DNA from: an uncultured Clostridia bacterium
Lineage (GTDB): Bacteria > Bacillota > Clostridia > TANB77 > CAG-508
NCBI GenBank assembly: GCA_944387505.1
Contig: CALXFG010000004.1
Location: 3,176 to 67,175 of the forward strand
Length of the DNA stretch: 64,000 nucleotides
Direction of reading: 5' to 3'
Shown here: positions 21,514 to 30,863 of the stretch, one piece after another
How positions within the stretch are numbered: the first letter of the stretch is position 1
How the letters are laid out: every line of letters starts with the position of its first letter
Made by a program: the position numbers and the translations under genes
Notes under the pieces: generated by a model
Databases searched by the model: none
What the model saw: only the letters and a program-made list of their open reading frames with translations
Told to the model about the DNA's origin: nothing

Positions 21514-22500
21514 ATGATAAAGGTTAGTATCATTGTTCCATTTTATAATGTAGAAAATTACATAGAAAAATGTTTGCAATCTTTAGTAAATCAAACATTA
21601 GAAGATATTGAAATCTTGCTTGTGAATGATGGAAGTCAAGATGGGACGGAGGAGATTGCCAAACAATTTGTAGAAAAATATCCAAATAAAATTATCTATT
21701 TGGAAAAAGAAAATGGTGGGTTATCAGATGCTAGAAATTATGCAATTCCACATGCCAAGGGAGAATATATTGCTTTTTTAGATTCTGATGATTATGTTGA
21801 AACCAATATGTATGAAGAAATGTATAATAAAGCAAAAAAAGAAGATTTGGATTATGTAGAATGTGATTTTCTATGGGAATATCCAGATAAGACATTAGAA
21901 AGCAAAGGAAAACAATATAGTAATAAAAAAGAAATGTTTATCCATACAAGAGTTGTTGCATGGAATAAACTAATTAAAAGAGAAATTGTACAAGATAACC
22001 ATTTAGAATTTCCAAAAGGATATCGATATGAAGATGTAGAGTTTTTCTATAAACTATTGCCATTGATACATAATTATGGAATTGTTCAAAAACCATTCAT
22101 TCATTATGTACAAAGAGAAGACTCTATCTCAAATGTACAAAATACAAGAACAAAAGAAATTATTGATGTTTTAGGACATGTTATTGAATATTACAAAGCA
22201 AATAATTTGTTTGAAGAATACAAAGAAGAAATAGAATACACTTATGCAAGATATATTTTATGTAGTTCTATGCTTAGAATGGTAATGATTGAAAATAAAA
22301 AAGAAAGAAAAGAAATGATTCATTTGGCATGGAAATCGTTGAATACACAATTTACAAATTGGAAGGAAAATACCTATTTAAAAGACAAAGGATTAAAAAA
22401 TTTGTATATGAGAAGTGTTAATGGTGTTACATTAAAACTGTATACAAGTTTAGCGAGAATTAAATTTATAAGAGATAAGTTACAAGAAAAATTTGTTTAG
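21514..22500 (+). CDS. GT2 glycosyltransferase
   Basis: SIIVPFYNVE, NGGLSDARN, FLDSDD, AWNKL, YED. Confidence 0.92.
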   Translation: MIKVSIIVPFYNVENYIEKCLQSLVNQTLEDIEILLVNDGSQDGTEEIAKQFVEKYPNKIIYLEKENGGLSDARNYAIPHAKGEYIAFLDSDDYVETNMYEEMYNKAKKEDLDYVECDFLWEYPDKTLESKGKQYSNKKEMFIHTRVVAWNKLIKREIVQDNHLEFPKGYRYEDVEFFYKLLPLIHNYGIVQKPFIHYVQREDSISNVQNTRTKEIIDVLGHVIEYYKANNLFEEYKEEIEYTYARYILCSSMLRMVMIENKKERKEMIHLAWKSLNTQFTNWKENTYLKDKGLKNLYMRSVNGVTLKLYTSLARIKFIRDKLQEKFV

Positions 22501-22624
22501 GTTAGAAAATAATTAAAATTTTGGCGTTGTCAAACTTCATTTGAAATTTAATCAACGTACAAATAAGTACGTCTCATAAATTTCAAACTTGTTTTCCTAG
22601 CCAAAATTTAATTCTTTCCTAACC
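22500..22624. repeat. 125-nt imperfect hairpin element (filled copy 1)
   Basis: Nested stems GGTTAG/CTAACC, AAATTTTGGC/GCCAAAATTT, TTTGAAATTTA/TAAATTTCAAA, ACGTAC/GTACGT; homologous to 33711-33835. Confidence 0.85.
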
Positions 22625-22659
22625 ATGTTTGAAGCATTAAGAAAGGAATACATGAAAAT

Positions 22660-23766
22660 ATGAAAAGGATAATATTTGGAATAACCAGTTTAACGTTAGG
22701 CGGAGCAGAGAGAGTATTGGTTGATATGGCAAATCGTTTATGTGATACATTTGACATTACGATATTTACGATTTATGGAAAAGGTGAGTTAGAAAAAAGT
22801 TTAAATGATAAGATAAAAGTAAAAAGAATATTTGACAAACCATACAAGAAATTTAGTCAGTTTGAAAAAATAAAAATACCATTAAAGATTTTATGCTTCC
22901 AAAAACAATATTATAAAAAATATATTCAAGGTAATTATGATATAGAAATCGCTTTCTTAGAAGGACCAATTACAAGGCTATTTAGCACAAAAAATAAAAA
23001 TACAAAGAAAATAGCTTGGATTCATAATGATATTTCAAAAGTATATGGAAATGGATTAAAAGCAAAACTAAAATTACTCATAGATAGAAGGATTTATAAC
23101 AAATATCAAAAACTGATATTTGTTAGTAAAGATAATCAAGAAGTGTTTGACATACGATATCCGAATATGAAACCAACAGAAGAGGTTATCTATAATTATA
23201 TAAATGCACAGAAAGTAATAGAAAAAGCAGAAGAAAAAATAGACTTTTCTTTTGATAATCACCAAATCAATTTCTTGACAGTAGCAAGATTAGTAGAACA
23301 AAAAGGAATTGATAGATTAATTCGTATTCATAGAGAATTAATTGCAAATCATTATATGAATAAATTTTATATTATTGGTGATGGGCCAGAAAGAGAAAAA
23401 TTGGAAAAATTAATAAAAGATGAACATTTAGAAGAAACATTTTTCTTATTAGGTGCCAAAGAAAATCCATATCCATATATGAAACAAGCAGATATTTTTT
23501 GCTTACTTTCCAAATTTGAAGGATATGGTATGGTGCTAGAAGAAGCAAAAATTTTGAATAAGCCAATTATCATTACCAATACAGCAGCACGAGAAGCAGT
23601 TGAAAATTATAAAAATGCAGTAATTGTAGAAAATGATGAACATGAAATTTATAATAAATTAAAATATATTATTGAAAATAATGTAAAAACCTTTGATGAG
23701 AAAAAACAAACTTATGATAATCAGCATATCATCAAAAAATTAGAAAAATTATTAAAGGAAGAATAA
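22660..23766 (+). CDS. GT4 glycosyltransferase (paralog of 19317-20411)
   Basis: GGAER, AWIH, VARL..QKG, NPYPY, S.FEGYG.V.EEA. Confidence 0.9.
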   Translation: MKRIIFGITSLTLGGAERVLVDMANRLCDTFDITIFTIYGKGELEKSLNDKIKVKRIFDKPYKKFSQFEKIKIPLKILCFQKQYYKKYIQGNYDIEIAFLEGPITRLFSTKNKNTKKIAWIHNDISKVYGNGLKAKLKLLIDRRIYNKYQKLIFVSKDNQEVFDIRYPNMKPTEEVIYNYINAQKVIEKAEEKIDFSFDNHQINFLTVARLVEQKGIDRLIRIHRELIANHYMNKFYIIGDGPEREKLEKLIKDEHLEETFFLLGAKENPYPYMKQADIFCLLSKFEGYGMVLEEAKILNKPIIITNTAAREAVENYKNAVIVENDEHEIYNKLKYIIENNVKTFDEKKQTYDNQHIIKKLEKLLKEE

Positions 23767-23768
23767 TT

Positions 23769-24678
23769 ATGAAATTATCCATTATTACACCAACATATAA
23801 TAGGGCCAATATGCTTGGTAATTTATACAACAGCATTGTGAAAAACTTAGAACTAAATGATGAAGTAAGGCAAAGTGTACAATTACAATGGCTCATTATA
23901 GATGATGGTTCAACAGACAATACAGAAGAAGTAATCCATCAGTATGTAAATGAACAAAAGATAGAGATACAATATCATAAACAAGAAAATCAGGGCAAAA
24001 TGTCAGCTATTAACAATGTTGTTCAATATGCTAATGGAGATTTAATTGTAGAGTGTGACTCTGATGATATATTTTCAGATAATGCATTTTATGATATTTT
24101 ACAAGCTTATTATGAAACAAGAGAGAGAAATGATTTATATGGTTTGTGCTTTTTAAAATATGATTTAAACGGAAATAATATTGGAAACTTATTTCGAAAA
24201 GAAGAGACCACCATGTTTGATTTATATTTTAAAGAGCGGAGAAACTGGAGAAAAAGCAATTGTATTTTTTGCAGATATCCGAAAACAGTATCAGTATAAA
24301 ATTGAAAATCATGAAAAGTTTTCAACAGAAGCCAGGATGTATCATGAAATGGATTTGAAATATAAAATGAAATGTATCAATAAACCACTTATGATATGCG
24401 ATTACAAAGAAGATGGATATACCAAAAATATTAGAAAAGTTTTTAAAGAAAATCCATATGGACATTTTGCATATTTCAAAGAGATTTTAGAACAACATGA
24501 TATGCGAGGAATTTCTCTAAAAAAGAGGTTATATGTTATGAAACATTATATTTTATTTGGTTATTTAACAAAACAATATAACATAGGAAACATAAAAGGA
24601 ATAGAAAACAAAATATTATATATATTATTATTCATTCCAGGAATGATAAAAAGTTATTATTTTAAGAATAAGCAATAA
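23769..24678 (+). pseudogene. GT2 glycosyltransferase split by a +1 frameshift at 24237 (pseudogene, sequencing error or recoding)
   Basis: ORF 23769-24299 carries IITPTYNR/IDDGS/CDSDD. Removing C24237 fuses ...DLYFKE to GETGEKAIVF... of ORF 24181-24678, giving one ~302-aa GT2. Confidence 0.8.
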
Positions 24679-24686
24679 TCATATGC

Positions 24687-24715
24687 TTTACAAGAAATAT
24701 ATTTATTGATATAAT
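24687..24715 (+). promoter_or_regulatory. sigmaA promoter for gtrA-gtrB-dedA
   Basis: TTTACA-17 nt-TATAAT with TGn. Confidence 0.7.
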
Positions 24716-24822
24716 AGTAGCGATTTTAACGAATGATAATGAAAAATATAAAGAAGATACAAATAAAAAATATGGAATGAACTTTAAATTTAATAAAGAA
24801 AATAATAAGAAAGTGAAGAAAA

Positions 24823-25272
24823 ATGGAAAAAATTATAAAAAAATTATGTACAAGAGAAACCATATCATATTTAATATTTGGTGTATTAACAACACTCATT
24901 AATATAGGAGTTTCAACAATATTAGTAAAAGCATTTCAGGTTGAAGGAAATATAGCAAGTACAATAGGAATTATTATTTCTATTTTGTTTGCTTATTTTA
25001 CCAATCGTAAAATGGTATTTAATTCTACAGCGGAAACTGCAAAAGAAAAATGGACAGAATTTTTTAAATTTATATTAGGTAGATCGTTTACGATGGTATT
25101 AGAAATGGCAGGTGTATTTTTACTTTATACAGTCTTACATGTAGAATATGTCATCACAAAAGTAACCATTACAGTGATTGTTGTCATTCTAAACTTTTTT
25201 ATAAGTAAATTTTTTGCATTTAAAACAAAGAAAGAAGTAAATGGGCAGAAAAGTGAAAGGGTTGAGAAATAA
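24823..25272 (+). CDS. GtrA/GtcA family flippase
   Basis: YLIFGVLTT, FAY.TNR..VF, LNF..SK..F; four TMs. Confidence 0.9.
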   Translation: MEKIIKKLCTRETISYLIFGVLTTLINIGVSTILVKAFQVEGNIASTIGIIISILFAYFTNRKMVFNSTAETAKEKWTEFFKFILGRSFTMVLEMAGVFLLYTVLHVEYVITKVTITVIVVILNFFISKFFAFKTKKEVNGQKSERVEK

Positions 25273-25309
25273 TTCTTTTTTAACCAATTTTGACCTTAAG
25301 AAAGGAATG
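25260..25309 (+). repeat. Empty (26-nt) form of the hairpin element plus RBS tail
   Basis: GGTTGAGAAAT-AATT-CTTTTTTAACC then TTTGACCTTAAGAAAGGAATG; contains the gtrA stop codon. Confidence 0.7.
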
Positions 25310-25317
25310 AGAATAAA

Positions 25318-26262
25318 ATGAAAAAAATAACCATAATTATACCAGCATATAATGAAGAAGAATCATTACCACATTTATATGAAAGATTAGAAAAATTAAT
25401 GAGTTCTATGGAGCATTATGAATTTGAAATTTTATTTGTAAATGATGGAAGTAAAGATAATACCATTAATTTAATAAAAGAATATAGAGAAAAAGATAAT
25501 AGAATATGCTATGTTGATTTTTCTAGAAACTTTGGAAAAGAAATTGCTATGATTGCAGGATTAGATTATGCAACAGGAGATTGTGTTATTTTTATGGATG
25601 CAGATTTACAAGATCCACCAGAATTGATTCCTGAATTGGTAAAATACTGGGAAGAAGGATATGATGATGTTTATGCCAAAAGAAGTTCAAGAAAAGGAGA
25701 AACTTGGCTAAAGAAATTTACATCAAAAATGTATTATAGAGTTTTGCAACATTTAACAAATGTACCAATTCAACAAGACACAGGAGATTTTAGATTATTA
25801 GACAGAAGATGTGTGAATGCCTTGAGAAAAATGAGAGAATCTCAAAGAAATTCAAAAAGTATGTTTAGTTGGATAGGATACAAGAAAAAAGAAGTACTAT
25901 ATGATAGAGACCCAAGAATTGCAGGGCAAACAAAATGGAATTATAAAAAGCTAATAGATTTAGCAATCGATGGAATTACATCATTTACGACATCACCACT
26001 TAGAATATCAACATATATTAGTATACCAACATTTATTATTTTATTTGTATATTTTGTATATGTAATTGCAAAATGTATTATAACAAGTACAATGATCCAA
26101 GCATATCAAGCAATTATATTATTGATTCTATTTTTCTCTGGCGTACAAATATTGTTATTTGGAATTATAGGAGAATATTTAGGAAGAATCTTTAATGAAA
26201 GTAAAAATAGACCTTTATATTTAGTAAATGAATATAATGGACAGAAGGAAATGAATGATTAA
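25318..26262 (+). CDS. GtrB/CsbB-type bactoprenol glycosyltransferase (GT2)
   Basis: FSRNFGKE.AM.AGL, DADLQDPP, GDFRLLD, two C-terminal TMs, GEYLGRI..E.K.RP.Y. Confidence 0.93.
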   Translation: MKKITIIIPAYNEEESLPHLYERLEKLMSSMEHYEFEILFVNDGSKDNTINLIKEYREKDNRICYVDFSRNFGKEIAMIAGLDYATGDCVIFMDADLQDPPELIPELVKYWEEGYDDVYAKRSSRKGETWLKKFTSKMYYRVLQHLTNVPIQQDTGDFRLLDRRCVNALRKMRESQRNSKSMFSWIGYKKKEVLYDRDPRIAGQTKWNYKKLIDLAIDGITSFTTSPLRISTYISIPTFIILFVYFVYVIAKCIITSTMIQAYQAIILLILFFSGVQILLFGIIGEYLGRIFNESKNRPLYLVNEYNGQKEMND

Positions 26263-26274
26263 AGGAGAAGATAT

Positions 26275-26934
26275 ATGCAAGAGATAATGTTATCCATAAT
26301 GGAACAATTTGGATATTTGGGAGTATTTTTATTAATAGCAATAGAAAATATTTTTCCACCAATTCCATCAGAGGCTGTTTTATTATTTGGTGGATTTATG
26401 ACAACATACACAGGTTTAAATATTGTAGTCATGATTATAGCTGCAACTTTAGGTTCATTGGTTGGTGCCATTGTGCTATATTATGTAGGAAGAATATTAA
26501 ATAAAGAAAGATTAAAAAAATTAGTCTCAGGAAAAGTGGGAAAAATACTTAGATTAAAAACGGAAGATATTGATAAAGCAGATAAATGGTTTGACGAAAA
26601 AGGTAGTAAAACGGTATTTTTTTGTAGATTTATTCCAATTGTCAGAAGTTTAATTTCTATACCAGCAGGAATGAGTGAGATGCCTATGGGAAAATTCTTA
26701 ATTTATACTATATCAGGATCTGCTGTTTGGAATACCATTTTATTAACAATAGGAAATAAAGTAGGAGAAAATTGGGCAAATATGCTTGCAATTTTTGATC
26801 AATATTCTCATGTTACATTAGCTGTACTAGCAATTATTTTTGTCATTGCTTGCTTATTATTCTATTGGAAAAAAACAAACAAGTTTATTTTCAAGAGAAA
26901 GATTTACTATCTGGGAGATCCAACAATAGAGTAA
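26275..26934 (+). CDS. DedA family membrane protein
   Basis: ENIFPPIPSE, FFCRFIPIVRSLISIPAG. Confidence 0.92.
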   Translation: MQEIMLSIMEQFGYLGVFLLIAIENIFPPIPSEAVLLFGGFMTTYTGLNIVVMIIAATLGSLVGAIVLYYVGRILNKERLKKLVSGKVGKILRLKTEDIDKADKWFDEKGSKTVFFCRFIPIVRSLISIPAGMSEMPMGKFLIYTISGSAVWNTILLTIGNKVGENWANMLAIFDQYSHVTLAVLAIIFVIACLLFYWKKTNKFIFKRKIYYLGDPTIE

Positions 26935-26942
26935 ATTTTCTA

Positions 26943-26971
26943 TTGAAAAATAAATAAATATATGTTAAAAT
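26943..26971 (+). promoter_or_regulatory. sigmaA promoter of the ABC-F leader
   Basis: TTGAAA-17 nt-TAAAAT with TGn. Confidence 0.65.
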
Positions 26972-26998
26972 AAAAATGAATTGAAAAGAAAGGTTAAA

Positions 26999-27207
26999 AT
27001 GGTGGGAAAATGATTATTATTAATAAACTAGACAATATAAAATAAGATGTAATCATATTTTAGAATGGTTTATTAATAATGCAAATTTTAAGGTACTATA
27101 TATAAAAACTACCAAATTAACGTGTAGAAATATATACAAAAATTATATGAAATTTAAAGTAATAAATAATAAACTCCTTCTTTAATATGATTAAAGGAGG
27201 AGTTTTT
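26999..27207 (+). promoter_or_regulatory. Putative attenuator leader: uORFs MVGK (26999-27013) and MIIINKLDNIK (27010-27045) plus RBS-sequestering hairpin
   Basis: 13-bp IR 27016-27028/27068-27080 overlaps the uORF; 16-bp stem 27171-27186/27190-27205 occludes AAGGAGG. Confidence 0.7.
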
Positions 27208-28794
27208 ATGGTATTAGAATTAAAAAATATATCAAAATATTATGGTGATAGAAAGATATTAGAAATTGAAGATTTAAAAGTATATGAAAATGAAAAAATA
27301 GGGATTGTAGGGCAAAATGGCTCAGGAAAAACCACTTTATTAAACATCATAGCTGGAAGAATAGAGCCAGATACAGGAGAAATTATTCGTAAGCAAAATA
27401 TCATATATATGGAGCAATTTGAAGAAATAAATGATAAAAATAGAAATTTAAGTGGTGGAGAGAAAAAGAAAGAAGCATTTCATCAAAAAGTATTACATCA
27501 AAATGGCATTCTATTATTAGATGAACCGTCAAGCAATTTAGATAGAAATGGGATTAGTCATATTGAAAAGGAATTAAAAAAATATCAAGGAACTATATTG
27601 ATTATATCTCATGATAGAAGTCTATTAGATGAAATTTGTTCAGCTATTATAGAAATAAAAGATGGAAAAGTAAATAGATATGAAGGAAATTATTCAAAAT
27701 ATAAGTTACAAAAAGAGGCTGAAACGAAAAGAAAAGAATGGGAATATATACAATATATAAATGAAAAACAAAGATTAGAAAAAGCGATTCATGTTTCAAA
27801 AAATACAGCAAAAGAAATTCGAAAAACACCAAAAAGAATGGGAAATTCTGAAGCAAGACTACATAAAAGAGGTGTTGAAAACATAAGAGAGAAATTGGAA
27901 GGACACACAAATGCCTTGCAAACTAGATTAGAAAAATTAGAAGTAAAAGAAAAACCACAAAACAATCAAAAAATATATATGAAATATCAAACAAAAGAAA
28001 ATACAAAAAATAAAATAGCAATCCATATTGAAAATTTAAATATCCAATTAGGAGAAAAACAATTATTTGAACATGCAAGTTGTGTTATCAAAACCAATCG
28101 AAAAACAGCTTTAATAGGAGAAAATGGAGCAGGAAAGACAACACTGATCAATCAAATCATAAATGGAAATTTTCATATAAGAGTAAATCCAAATATAAAA
28201 ATAGGATATTTTTCGCAGGATTTTTCAAACTTAGATTTTAGTAAAAATGTATTACAAAATGTCATGCAAGATACGAATCAATCAGAAATGATTGTAAAAA
28301 ATATATTGGCAAATTTGTTATTCAAAGATAAAGACTTAGAAAAAAACATAAAAGATTTAAGTGGTGGAGAAAGAGTAAAAGTATCGATTGCTAAGATATT
28401 GGTATCAGACAACAATTTATTGATATTAGATGAGCCTACTAATTTCTTAGATATAGAATCCATTGAAAGTTTAGAAAATTTGTTAAAAGAATACAATGGA
28501 ACCATTTTATTTGTTACACATGATAAAACATTTATTGATCATATTGCAACAGATATTTTAGTTATAAAAAAGCATAAAATTATAGAATATGAAGGAAATT
28601 ATTCTTCTTATTTACAATATGAAAAAGAAAGAAGTAAAAAACTACAAAATAAACATGAAAATGATAAACTATTATTAGATTTTAAGATATCACAAATTAC
28701 TTCAGAATTAGCAATGACAAAAGATGAGAAAAGAAAAAAAGAGCTTGAGGAAGAATTTAATGAACTCATAAAATTAAAATATTTGACGAAATAA
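27208..28794 (+). CDS. ABC-F ribosome-associated ATPase, Msr/Vga/CplR-like antibiotic-resistance candidate
   Basis: Two NBDs (GQNGSGKT, GENGAGKT, LSGGE twice), no TMs, linker KRMGNSEARLHKR. Start 27208 follows AAGGAGG. Confidence 0.85.
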   Translation: MVLELKNISKYYGDRKILEIEDLKVYENEKIGIVGQNGSGKTTLLNIIAGRIEPDTGEIIRKQNIIYMEQFEEINDKNRNLSGGEKKKEAFHQKVLHQNGILLLDEPSSNLDRNGISHIEKELKKYQGTILIISHDRSLLDEICSAIIEIKDGKVNRYEGNYSKYKLQKEAETKRKEWEYIQYINEKQRLEKAIHVSKNTAKEIRKTPKRMGNSEARLHKRGVENIREKLEGHTNALQTRLEKLEVKEKPQNNQKIYMKYQTKENTKNKIAIHIENLNIQLGEKQLFEHASCVIKTNRKTALIGENGAGKTTLINQIINGNFHIRVNPNIKIGYFSQDFSNLDFSKNVLQNVMQDTNQSEMIVKNILANLLFKDKDLEKNIKDLSGGERVKVSIAKILVSDNNLLILDEPTNFLDIESIESLENLLKEYNGTILFVTHDKTFIDHIATDILVIKKHKIIEYEGNYSSYLQYEKERSKKLQNKHENDKLLLDFKISQITSELAMTKDEKRKKELEEEFNELIKLKYLTK

Positions 28795-28811
28795 CTAAAA
28801 ATTCGTATAAT
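28783..28811 (+). promoter_or_regulatory. sigmaA promoter for the two-component system
   Basis: TTGACG-17 nt-TATAAT; perfect 12-bp IR at 28860-28888 downstream. Confidence 0.7.
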
Positions 28812-28921
28812 AACAATGAAATGAAAAAAGAAAAAGATTGAAAAGTTTAATGTATTCTGCTAAATAGAAAAATTGATTTTCTATTTAGTAAATATAATAT
28901 TAAGAAAGGAATCATTAAAAA

Positions 28922-29593
28922 GTGAGTAAAATTTTAATTGTTGAAGATGATAAAAAACTAAGACAAGAATTAGAAACATTTTTAAATAAAAATGGATTTG
29001 AAGCAAAAGGATTAGAAAATTTTGATAATACAATACAAGATATATTAGATGAAAATGCAGATTTGGTATTACTAGATATTAATTTACCATATACAGATGG
29101 AGAATTTGTCTGCAAAGAAGTAAGAAAAGTATCTAATGTGCCAATTATTATGGTAACAAGTAGAGATAATGAAATTGATGAATTAATGAGTCTAAATTAT
29201 GGAGCAGACCAATATGTTACAAAACCATATAATATACAAATATTACTTGCAAAAATAAATGGTTTATTAAAAAGAAATCAAAATGCAGGAAGAAATCCAG
29301 AAAAAATTGACTGTCATGATTTTGTATTAAATATAGCAGAAAGAACTATAGAAAAAGATAATCAGAAAATGGGCTTAACAAAAAATGAATATACTATTTT
29401 ATACTATTTAAGTACTCATAAAAATGAAGTGGTATCAAGAGATGAAATCATGGATTATTTATGGGAAAGTGAAGAATTTATTGATGATAATACATTAAAT
29501 GTCAATATAAAAAGACTAAGAACAAAACTAGAAGAATTAGGATTACATGATAGAATAGAAACCAAAAGAGGACAGGGGTATATATTAAAATGA
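28922..29593 (+). CDS. OmpR-family response regulator (BceR/GraR-like)
   Basis: IVEDD, LLDINLP, KP, NTLNVNIKRLR, TKRGQGY. Confidence 0.93.
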   Translation: MSKILIVEDDKKLRQELETFLNKNGFEAKGLENFDNTIQDILDENADLVLLDINLPYTDGEFVCKEVRKVSNVPIIMVTSRDNEIDELMSLNYGADQYVTKPYNIQILLAKINGLLKRNQNAGRNPEKIDCHDFVLNIAERTIEKDNQKMGLTKNEYTILYYLSTHKNEVVSRDEIMDYLWESEEFIDDNTLNVNIKRLRTKLEELGLHDRIETKRGQGYILK

Positions 29594-30606
29594 AATTTAG
29601 TGATTTTATAAAAGATAAAGTATTGTTAATTGTAAGTGTTCTATTAGCCTTAATTAGTATAGAAATATTATTATTGGCTTATCAAATCGGAATTATTGCA
29701 CAAATTTACATAGCTGCTATTATCATTATCGTTGTATCCATTTCCATATTTGTTGAATATAAAAGAAAACAACATTTTTATAATCAATTAAAAAATAATA
29801 TGGAAGAATTACATGAAAAGTATTTGATTTCTGAAATTATAAAAAACGCTAATTTTACAGAAGGCAAAATTTTAAAAGAAGTCATGCTAGATGCAGGAAA
29901 ATCTATGCTTGAAAATGTAAATTACTATAAACGTATTCAAGAAGATTATAAAGAATATATAGAATTATGGATTCACGAAGTAAAAATACCAATTGCAGCA
30001 AGTAAAATGATTATTGAAAATCATAAAAATGAAATCACCAAAAGCATAGATGAAGAATTAGACAAAGTAGAAAATTATACTGAACAAGCCTTATTTTATG
30101 CAAGAAGCAATGCTGTTGAAAAAGACTATATTATTACCAAAAACAATCTAAAAGAAATTGTAAATAATGCTATATTAAAAAATAAAACTACATTACTAAA
30201 TGAAAAAGTAGCTTTGGAATTAAAAGATTTAGAACATGAAGTTTATACAGATAGTAAATGGGCAACTTTTATTATTAACCAAATTATACAAAATGCAATC
30301 AAGTATTCTAAAGATGAAAATAAGAAAATAGAGATATTTGCAAAATCAAAAAATGATAAAGTCACTTTATACATACAAGATAATGGAATTGGAATAAAAA
30401 AGGGAGAAATTACAAGAGTATTTGAAAGAGGTTTTACTGGAAAAAATGGAAGATTAATAGGACAGAAATCTACCGGAATTGGTTTATACTTGTGCAAAAA
30501 ATTATGTGATAAATTAAGTCTTGGAATAGAATTAAATTCAGAAAAGGATAAAGGAACAGAAGTAAGAATTATTTTTCCTAAAAATAGTTATACGAATTTG
30601 CAGTAG
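29590..30606 (+). CDS. Intramembrane-sensing histidine kinase (BceS/GraS-like)
   Basis: Two adjacent TMs, WIHEVKIP, NAIKYS, DNGIGI, STGIGLYL. Confidence 0.93.
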   Translation: MKFSDFIKDKVLLIVSVLLALISIEILLLAYQIGIIAQIYIAAIIIIVVSISIFVEYKRKQHFYNQLKNNMEELHEKYLISEIIKNANFTEGKILKEVMLDAGKSMLENVNYYKRIQEDYKEYIELWIHEVKIPIAASKMIIENHKNEITKSIDEELDKVENYTEQALFYARSNAVEKDYIITKNNLKEIVNNAILKNKTTLLNEKVALELKDLEHEVYTDSKWATFIINQIIQNAIKYSKDENKKIEIFAKSKNDKVTLYIQDNGIGIKKGEITRVFERGFTGKNGRLIGQKSTGIGLYLCKKLCDKLSLGIELNSEKDKGTEVRIIFPKNSYTNLQ

Positions 30607-30638
30607 TTGAAAAAGAAATTATAAATTATATAATTTGC

Positions 30639-30671
30639 AAAAGGTAAGATACAAAATATCTTACCTTTTTT
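30639..30671 (+). terminator. Intrinsic terminator after the kinase
   Basis: AAAAGGTAAGATA-CAAAA-TATCTTACCTTTT then T. Confidence 0.8.
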
Positions 30672-30704
30672 ATATACAAATCTTTGATTTCGTTAATGCA
30701 CTCC

Positions 30705-30772
30705 TATCTTACAAAAATGTAAGATAAATGTAAGATTAAACAATGGAAAGAAAAAAGAATAAGCCGTATAAT
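30705..30772 (+). promoter_or_regulatory. BceR-type box and activator-dependent promoter of the ABC transporter
   Basis: TATCTTACA-AAAA-TGTAAGATA (fits TNACA-N4-TGTAA), extra TGTAAGAT half-site, weak -35 TGGAAA-17 nt-TATAAT. Confidence 0.85.
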
Positions 30773-30806
30773 AAATATAGAATAAAAGATAAATGGAGGT
30801 TTACAA

Positions 30807-30856
30807 GGTTGAAAAATAATTCTTTTCCAACCAACTTGTGCCTAAAGAAAGGAATG
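30807..30856 (+). repeat. Empty (26-nt) form of the hairpin element plus RBS tail
   Basis: GGTTGAAAAAT-AATT-CTTTTCCAACC then CTTGTGCCTAAAGAAAGGAATG. Confidence 0.7.
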
Positions 30857-30863
30857 AAATTAA

